Shown here: in pieces, positions 54,782 through 64,000 of the stretch
Numbering within the stretch: position 1 is the stretch's first letter
Layout: every line of letters begins with the position of its first letter
The notes under the pieces: generated by a model
The model's input: only the letters and a program-made list of their open reading frames with translations
What the model was told of the DNA's origin: nothing
The model's database searches: none
NCBI GenBank assembly: GCA_951406725.2
Contig: OX597814.1
Coordinates: forward strand, 79,980,001 to 80,044,000
Source: Octopus vulgaris
Lineage: Eukaryota
DNA: 64,000 bases
Direction: 5' to 3'
Position numbers and translations under genes: made by a program

Positions 54782-55174
54782 TATTAATTTTTTAGATTAC
54801 TATTCTGTGTTATATTCGTTATTTTTTTCTTTTCTTCCTTCTCCATTTTCTGCTCAGTTACTATATTGTCACAATGCTAAAGTCAACGACTGGAATAAAT
54901 GCACACACAACATTGCACAATCCTCTCACTTTTACTAACACCGATAACATGATCAGCAACGCTATCGTTGTCACAATCATCAGCACCATCTTCGACAGCA
55001 GCAGCAGCAGCGGTAAGTTATAAACTTCTTCCTTCTTTCTGAATTATCCTCACCTTCCCATATCTGCCATATCGCACCCGAGGTTATGCTATTTTTATAT
55101 GTGTCTTTTTTAATGTTTTAGTCAATTTCTTTCGTGTTGTTTTTCGTCAATATGTGTAAACATATGTATATGCA

Positions 55175-55226
<52 letters not shown>

Positions 55227-55419
55227 CGTAGTATTTGCTGGTTTGACATATATATAGTGTATGTGCGTGTATGTATGTATATACACAATGTACTTAAATA
55301 TATCTATATCTACCTGTTTATCTATCTATCTATCTATCTATATATATATATATATATACATGCCTGTTATGTATGTATTATGCATGCGCTTATGTATGCA
55401 CGTAATTATATACGTATCA

Positions 55420-55463
<44 letters not shown>

Positions 55464-55569
55464 AGCTTGTGCATATATACATATATATAACCGTATACGC
55501 ATAAATATGTAGATATGTACGTACATGTACATAGACATACATACATACATGCATACATACATACATTCA

Positions 55570-55603
<34 letters not shown>

Positions 55604-56823
55604 CATACATACATACATACATATATACATACATACATGCAAGAGCCTGACGGATAGTGTCTACTTCCAGACCACTGGCCAAATAATTGATGTGCATCGC
55701 TTTTGTAAGAAGAGTCTGCTCTCTGTTCACCAAATGGGATTCTGTACACATTATAAACAATATAAAAACGGATCCACCCCATCCACTCAGCATTTGTCCC
55801 TCCCTACACCGATGTGCGTCTTTGTTTTATTCTTACATTTATTTTCGATTTTCTAGCCACCGCTTTGACCCTGTCTTCAAGGTCGACTTTTTCCACCTTT
55901 CTCGTATATGTTTATATGCATGCATACATACATATATATTTTTTTTCATATATATATTTCTATATTTTATTTAGCTACACGTTTGTTTGCTCATTGGCTT
56001 GTACTTGTGTTTATTTCCTGGCCTCAATTCTCTTGATCTCTATCTATCGCAATCTCTCCCTCTGTGTGTGTACATACACATGTTTGTATGTGTGTGTTTC
56101 ATATATAATATGTGTGTGTATGTGCTTATATATATATGTACATGTGTGTGTGCCTGTGTGTTTATATACACACCACATATATATATATGTATATATATAT
56201 GTGTATGTGTGTGGGTGTGTGTGTATGTGTGTGTGTATATCTCTATATATACATACGTATAAATATTTATATATATATACACACACACACATATATATAT
56301 ATATATAAACACATACATATATACATACATATATGTGTGTCTATATATATACATATACACATGTGTGTGTGTATGTATGTATGTATGTATGTATATTATC
56401 TCTCAGTTTCTCTTGTCCTCCTATGTAGTTTCTTCGTTCTTCCTCTGCTTTCATGTAATATCCCCTCCCACTGTATCCTTTGACTCGACTACCACCGTAG
56501 TTTGGACATTCATTAAAATTAGCTTTTACCATCCCAAAATTGATCAAATTGTTTCTGCAAATCATCTTGTCCCGGCATTAAAGATATGCTCTGCTAAAAC
56601 ATTTTGGTGTCTATACGTAGTCTCCGTGTGTGTCTCTCTTGGTCTATGTCTTATGTATGTCTTTACGTTTCACAATAAGTATGTTGGTCTGCGTGCATGG
56701 CTACATAACTGATTGACTCTTCAACCTTATGTATGCATGTATGTATGTATGTATGTATGTATGTATGTATGTATGTATGTATGTATGTATGTATGTATGC
56801 ATGTATGTATGTATGTAATTATG

Positions 56824-56854
<31 letters not shown>

Positions 56855-57293
56855 TTATGTATGTATGTATGTATGTATGTATGCATGCATGCATGCATGC
56901 ATGCATGTATGTATGTATGTATGTATGTATGTATGTATGTATGTGTGTGTGTGTGCGTCTGTAAGGTTCTGGGTGATGTGATGTATACGAATGAGAAAGT
57001 CTATGCGTTTAGTAAGCAAATTTCCTGTAAGTCTTGTTATGTATGCATGCAAGCGCGTATGCATGTATATATACATTTATGTTTGCCTACATGTATGTAT
57101 GTATTTACGTATAGAGGTATATTTCTGTTTGCGAGTACAAGTATGTTGTATATGTTTAAATGTGCGTATATAGTTGCGTGTTCTTTTAGTATGTACAATA
57201 TACGTAATGTGTGTGTGTATGTATGTACATGTAAAATATGAATATTATAGGTTTCTGCATTATATGTTCTTGACGCGAGCCGGAATACACACA

Positions 57294-57345
<52 letters not shown>

Positions 57346-57514
57346 CATATACACAGACACACATATATGTATGTATGTAAGTATGTATTTATGTATGTAT
57401 CTATATGTATGAATATGTGTATGTTTGTGCGTATGTACACTTACATGTGAGTATATGTGTTCATTTGTGTATGTATAAGAGAAAGCGACTGACAGATATA
57501 GTGTCTACCCGTGT

Positions 57515-57599
<85 letters not shown>

Positions 57600-58211
57600 C
57601 TCACGTGCACGTACGTGTTGAGACCATGTGGGAGTATATGTGTGTATTCGTATTTATGTGTGTCCATGTACGAAATTTGCCGGTCTGTAGACAGCTTAGA
57701 AATTGGGAAGTGTCGATAAAAATCAGCCAGGCTACCATCACCATCACTCTCACCTTCACCCTCACCTTCACCTTCACCATGATTATAAACACGAACGTCA
57801 CACCCGCCTCCCTACACCACCACCACTTTTACAGCATCGACATGACCGACATCAACAGCGCACACCACACACCACCATTGCTAACAACAACAACATCTAT
57901 TTTGTTTGCACGTGCAGACTCAATATGAACGTTAAGCCTGTATAAATAAGGTCTTCTTAGGCTACAAAGATCGATCTTGTATGCAAGAAATGACAACCTA
58001 AAATATATTACTTTTGCTTCTGCTGCTCGACACCTCGCTCCCCCTTTCTCTCTCTCTCTCTCTCTTTCTCTCTTTCTTGCTTTTTTCCATACCAATCTAG
58101 TTTGCTTTATTGTATAACTTTACATTCCCCTTTGCTTTATTACTCAACCCATTTCTCTCCCGTTCTCTCTCTTTCTCTTTATCCCTATCTATCTGTCTAT
58201 CTACCTTAATA

Positions 58212-58256
<45 letters not shown>

Positions 58257-60744
58257 ATCCCACTCTTTATATACTTGTATTTCTCTCAATAAATTTCACT
58301 CGCTTTTTATTTCTCTACCTATCTATTTTACTTTTTGGTCTAACTTAATATTACTCTCGGCTTTATTACTCAATTCCTCTCTCTATTTCCATCTCTGTCT
58401 TTATCTCTTCTTCCTCTCTCTTTCACTTAACTACCCTTTCTCTTTCTACCTCTCTATCTGGGTAGCTTACTTTATTATTCAACACTTCCCGCTGTATTTC
58501 TAACATTCTTTTTCTTTATCCGCCCGTCTTATAATATTCATTCAACTCTCCTTTTTTCTACTGTTTTCTCATCTCCATCATCTCGCCACACGCACATGCG
58601 CATACAGAAACAAACAAACACGCACTGTCTGTCTCACTCTTACTTTAATTTCCAACTGTTTCCAAACTCTACACCAGCATTTACTTTACTCCTCACTTCT
58701 CTCAACCCTCCCCCTTATTTATTCACTGGCCATCTCTATCTATCTACTATGGTGTATAGTATAACACTCGGCATTGTGTATGTGTTTAATATCTTCTAAT
58801 GCCTCTCTCCCTCTCACACACACAGACATATATCTATATCTATATACATAAATAAATGAATACATATATATATATATACATATATATATATTATTTATAT
58901 GTATTATATATATATATATATTTCCTGATCTGTCTCGCAAGAAAGAGCTGACAGTACCCCGACTTGAATACATTGGCTGTGTGACCTACACATAGTATAC
59001 ATTCGTGTATATATATATGTATATATATATATATGACCGTGTGTATGTGTGTTTGTATGTTAGTACATATAAGCATATATGTTTTTATTTATGCATACAT
59101 ATACATATATGTATTTATGTGTGTCTATGTGTGCGTACATACATATATATATATATATATATGTCTGTCAATCTATCTCCATTCCTTTTTAGTCTCTCTA
59201 CCTACTTGTTCCTCCTCATTACATTGTCTCTCGAATGTTTTCTAGAAGGAAATTGCAAAGGAAGTTGTGACGTCCATCTCTTTCCAAGAAGTAAATGAAA
59301 CGGTTCACAAAGCTCAGTTCACCAAGAAATGAATTTCTTTCATCAGTAATAACGCTATAGATTCGTATAGAAAAGAGGAAATGGGAAATCGTGATGTTTC
59401 CCAAGGGTTGTTGACTGCATAAGTGAGGCGAGATGGCTTCAACTGAGAATTTTATAACTATGTGGCTTCATCTTCATTCCTCTTACATTGAAAACCGGAA
59501 TTAAATTTTCTCTCATTTATTTAATGATGTGTCGAACCGACTTTATCGTCTGTCTTTGTATACAATTGATGATTTAGAAAGAAAGAAGCGAATGTGTCTC
59601 TCTCCCTTTCACTGTGTCTCTATTTTCCTTTTCTTTACTAGAGAGTGGCTGCAAAGGGACATAATAAAAGGAGAGAAAATTTTATCTTTTCCTTTCTTTA
59701 TTATTTATATTTTACTCATTAAACTTTATAAATTCAATTTTATCGAAGCTGATATTTTTTTCCTAAAACTAAGTTGTCAATCGTTTTCTTTTGGTAATTT
59801 TATTTTATTTTTTGTGATTTTAGTTATCTTTCTTCTTCTTTGTTTTTTCATTTTGTGGTAGGAGTTAGGGTGGATTTCACAGTGTGTCTAGGTCATTTCT
59901 ACTCGTAATTTGTATGCGTCTTGAATTAAGAAAAAAATTACATGCTAAAATTTTCCATTGGTAATAGCTAAAGGAAGAAGCTAACAATAAAACAAAATAA
60001 ACAACAATATCAGCGCTTTCATAGAGAAAACACCCTACATTTAAAATTATGGAAATATTATGGTAATGACCTACACAGTGTATTAATGGGATTTGACACT
60101 GAATGTTATAAGGACATGAATAGCTTTGATACAGCAGCGACAACAGTTACGAATTTTTTGCATTTAATAAATATTAAGCTCTGTATGGTGTCTCGTGTTG
60201 TTTGTTTTTGTTATTTTCATTATTGCAGGGTGGAGTCGCAGTAGGGAAGGTAAAAACTACTTTTGTAACTCATACGAATTAAATTTAAAATAAATAAATA
60301 AATAAATAACTAAACAACTGCGTAAGAGACAGTAAAAAGGTCAGAGTGCTGAGAGAGAGAGAGATTGAGGGATGTGAAGAGAAAGAAAGGGATGGTAAAT
60401 TAATAAGGAATTTGACCGAAATTAGAAACCCCACCAAAATGGGTAGTTAAATTCGATCAACAAATAAAGAATATGAAAAAAATAAGTGCAAGAAATTTTG
60501 AATCGAATGTCTTTTGTGTGTGTGTTTGTGCGTGTGTGTGTGTGTGTGTATGTGTGTGCGTGTGCGCGCGCAGACGCATGTCTGCGCTTGCGTAGATGGG
60601 TGTTCGTGTCTGTGTGTGTGCAATATACACACACATACACATACACACACATTTATTTATATATATGTATATGTGTGTATATACATATATATATATACAT
60701 TTACACATACATACACATGCACATACATATACGTATGCGTAATC

Positions 60745-60894
60745 TTTTATAGGGTAACGTTTGATAGTGACTTCGAAACTTCAGCTTGCTCTCCTTCATA
60801 AAACTGATTCACTTTGTTTCTCGTTTGACTTCAAAATGTCTTTGGCGGATGTGGTTTTGAGGGTTAGGTGGAGCTAAGTGAATATCTAGTTGTG

Positions 60895-60946
<52 letters not shown>

Positions 60947-61250
60947 GAAGTAGTGCAGAAAGAAAAACGACCAAAAATAAAATCGTCCCAACATCAAACC
61001 AAAATAAATCTCCTAAACATAACGTTCTATCAACTCACACCCTGTAAAAACATGTTTCCTCCTGTTCTCCTTTGTTCCAAATCTTCCCAAAACATTTCTT
61101 CCTTTGCATTTTATACCACATAGTCCTATCTGACCCCAAAAGTAAACATATTAAAGTCTATATAAAGACAAAAAGCACCAAAACAAATCCCACTCAGTAC
61201 GAGCAGGCCGAAACTTCGAAATCACCGTCAACCGTATCCTTGAAAAAGTT
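60745..61250. mobile_element. Old MITE/foldback element with long diverged TIRs
   Basis: ttgatagtgacttcgaaacttcagcttgctc (left) versus the reverse complement of the right end, ttgacggtgatttcgaagtttcggcctgctc; a second weak match is ttttgagggttaggtggagctaagtg / ttttggggtcagataggactatgtg. Confidence 0.5.
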
Positions 61251-61320
61251 AATAAAAAACATGCTCTACTAAAATGATTGAGTAATCCTTCAGTTTAATG
61301 TTGAATCGTTTTTATATAAA

Positions 61321-61386
<66 letters not shown>

Positions 61387-61634
61387 ATAGATATTTTTAT
61401 GTATATATGTTTACATATATACATGTATTATACATATATCTATCATGCTGTGACATGTCTTTCAATAGATCTGGCCGGGATGTAATCGCAGAATGAAAAG
61501 AATCAAGTATAGCACTTAATATATTTCATACGAAATTTCACTTAGTCTGTCATTATATTGTTCCAAACGTTCCCTATCCAGATTGATAGATGCATGCATC
61601 CGACATTGGAAAGAGAGATGGTTAGAAATAAAAT

Positions 61635-61669
<35 letters not shown>

Positions 61670-61694
61670 CTTACATTTGAGACCTTAAAGCAGC

Positions 61695-61850
61695 AACTTA
61701 GCAGTTTAGCAGTAGGGACCGATGGAATAAGTACCAGATATTTTTAAAACATATGCAGGATGGTCGATTTATTCGAATAAAACATTCTTCAAAGTGATAC
61801 CCCGGCATGGCCGCAGTCAAAAGGACTGCAACAAGTAAAAGGTAAAAAGA
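61695..61850 (+). mobile_element. SINE family A 3' fragment
   Basis: aacttagcag...aataagtaccag...gcatggccgcagtcaaaaggactgcaacaagtaaaag. Confidence 0.75.
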
Positions 61851-62257
61851 TATATGTATTCGTGTATGTATGTACGCATGTATGTACGTATGTATGTATA
61901 TGTGTAAGAGAGTGTGTGTGTGTGCGCGTGTGATAGGTGATTCCTGGCATTTTATCTACATTATGCAACTTAAAAAAATAAAACAAAGCAATATAACTGA
62001 GAGCAAGTAATACCCAAGCATGTACCCACTTTCAATCTATCTCGAAAATAAAGATTTCTTTTACAACTCCATATGCTTTTGCGTTCATTGTTACAACTTT
62101 AGGCGCATGGATGATTGCATGTCTCGTGTTCATGAAGGAAACGTCATCATATATATATATATATATATATGTGTATGTATGTATGTATGTATGTATGTAT
62201 GTATGTATGTATGTATGTATGTATGTTTGTATATATGTATATATAAATGTATGCATG

Positions 62258-62341
<84 letters not shown>

Positions 62342-62367
62342 ATATATCTTGAAAGAAAGAGAACGGT

Positions 62368-62468
<101 letters not shown>

Positions 62469-63054
62469 TGCCAAGCTATCTTTCATACTTTGCCATTTCG
62501 ATTAATTTCTCCTCGAAAATGTAAGAACAGTAAATCATTTTGGTATTTTTCCCCTTCTTGACAAGTCTGAGAGATTTTTGCCAAAATTCTCTTAAAAAGT
62601 CCATTCCGTTAGGTGAACCCTCCCATTTGACATTTGATAATGATCGATGTGATGTGAGAAAGAAATTCGGACCATAAAAATACGGTTATTCACACTGAAA
62701 GAACATACACATTTACAAACTGATGCACATTTCTGTAGACGCGTAGCCGTGTGTTTATATGCTGTGAAAAAAGTGTCGAAATATAGGCGGAGTCAGATTG
62801 TGTGTGTGTATGTATGTGTTTGTATAAGTGAGCGAGAGTGAAAGAGAAAGAGTGATGGATAAAAGGAGTAGAAAGTATGTGTGAATTTATGTTTGCTTGC
62901 TCACGTGTGTATGTGGATGTTCGTGTTTTCACAAGTCGAATCAAACATGATTATACATAGATATGTTTGTACGTTTATATGTGTAAGCTTTTCTGCGCAT
63001 ATCATGACCTGTATCTACGTATATGCATGACGTATATACATGGTGATTATGTGC

Positions 63055-63138
<84 letters not shown>

Positions 63139-63144
63139 TCTTTC

Positions 63145-63325
63145 ATTCTTTTACTTGTTTCAGTCATTTGACTGTGCCCATGCTGGAGCACCGCCTTTAG
63201 TCGAGCAAATTGTAATCCCAGTACTTATTCTATCGGCCTCTTTTGCCAAACCGCTAAGTTACGGGGACGTAAACACGCCAGCTTCGGTTGTCAAGCGACG
63301 GTGGGGGACAAACACAGATACCCAA
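63145..63325 (-). mobile_element. SINE family A 3' half
   Basis: ttcttttacttgtttcagtcatttgactgtg..catgctggagcaccgcctttagtcgagcaaatt. Confidence 0.85.
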
Positions 63326-63458
63326 ACATATACACACATACATACATACATTTCATGCATACATACATATCATGCATACATACATGCATACATACGTACA
63401 TACATACACATATATATATACATGCATACATACATACATACATACATACATACATACA

Positions 63459-63489
<31 letters not shown>

Positions 63490-63490
<1 letters not shown>

Positions 63491-63657
63491 AAATAGAAAA
63501 TGAGACAAGAACGCAAAACATCCAGACAGTTAGGTGAAAAAGAGAGGGACAACAAAACATCCAGATAGATGATACAAAGAAAACAAGGACGGGTCATTCG
63601 GAGTTTTCTTTCCTCAGTCGAGTTCCAGATTATCCTTGCAATTTCGGCTGCTTATAC
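63490..63657 (-). mobile_element. Repeat family D 3' fragment
   Basis: Reverse complement nearly identical to 21788-21955. Confidence 0.8.
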
Positions 63658-64000
63658 ATATATATTTTGTAACTTGGTATAAGAAGAGACAACAATTCAG
63701 ATAATCATTTTATATTTATGATTTACATGAACATAATAAATACATAAATACATACATAGATATAACATAAAATTACAACAAGATAAGGAACATATTTATA
63801 TATAATTTAGAAAGAAATAAGAGTTATATAAAGTAGAAATGTAGATGAAAAGGGTAACTAAATAAAGGTTGATATATCAATTAAAAAAATCATATTACAT
63901 TTAAAATTAAGGTTAAAAGACATTGAAATAAGAATTAAAAGTTATAAAATACATCGGCAGTAGCGGGAAATCCTAATAATGGATTTAAAAGTTTAGAAGA

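Noticed and set aside
57703-57945. His-rich ORF
   Set aside because: Derived from a (CACCTT/CACCAT)n low-complexity run.
59245-59335. Possible terminal exon after ttttctag (KEIAKEVVTSISFQEVNETVHKAQFTKK*)
   Set aside because: Short, no recognised homology and no partner exons; needs RNA-seq.

Overview
AT-rich eukaryotic intergenic or intronic DNA with very dense microsatellites ((TA)n, (TACA)n, (TAGA)n, (CA)n, (AAT)n, (ATC)n). The SINE families look like those of Octopus (inference from recalled repeat families, not a search). I found no host protein-coding gene or intact RNA gene, and nearly all listed ORFs are translated microsatellites. The window is an archive of mobile elements: about 25 tRNA-derived SINE copies, decayed mariner/Tc1 transposases and MITEs, Helitron-like elements, a Ty3/Gypsy RT-RNaseH relic, and non-LTR relics (CR1/Jockey-like, Tx1/L1, R4/Dong, HERO-like, Penelope GIY-YIG). 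Highlights: (1) short non-coding (TA)n-associated repeats carrying minimal type I hammerhead ribozyme motifs, plus a family with a non-canonical CUGANGA...GAAU variant; (2) a 2.13-kb ORF1-only (HAL1-like) LINE with a zinc knuckle and a perfect 15-bp TSD inside the tRNA head of a SINE; (3) a near-perfect tRNA-Glu segment fused to a retroposon tail; (4) several fold-back inversions, including a 1.26-kb palindrome centred on (TA)n. Boundaries of decayed elements were read by eye and are approximate.
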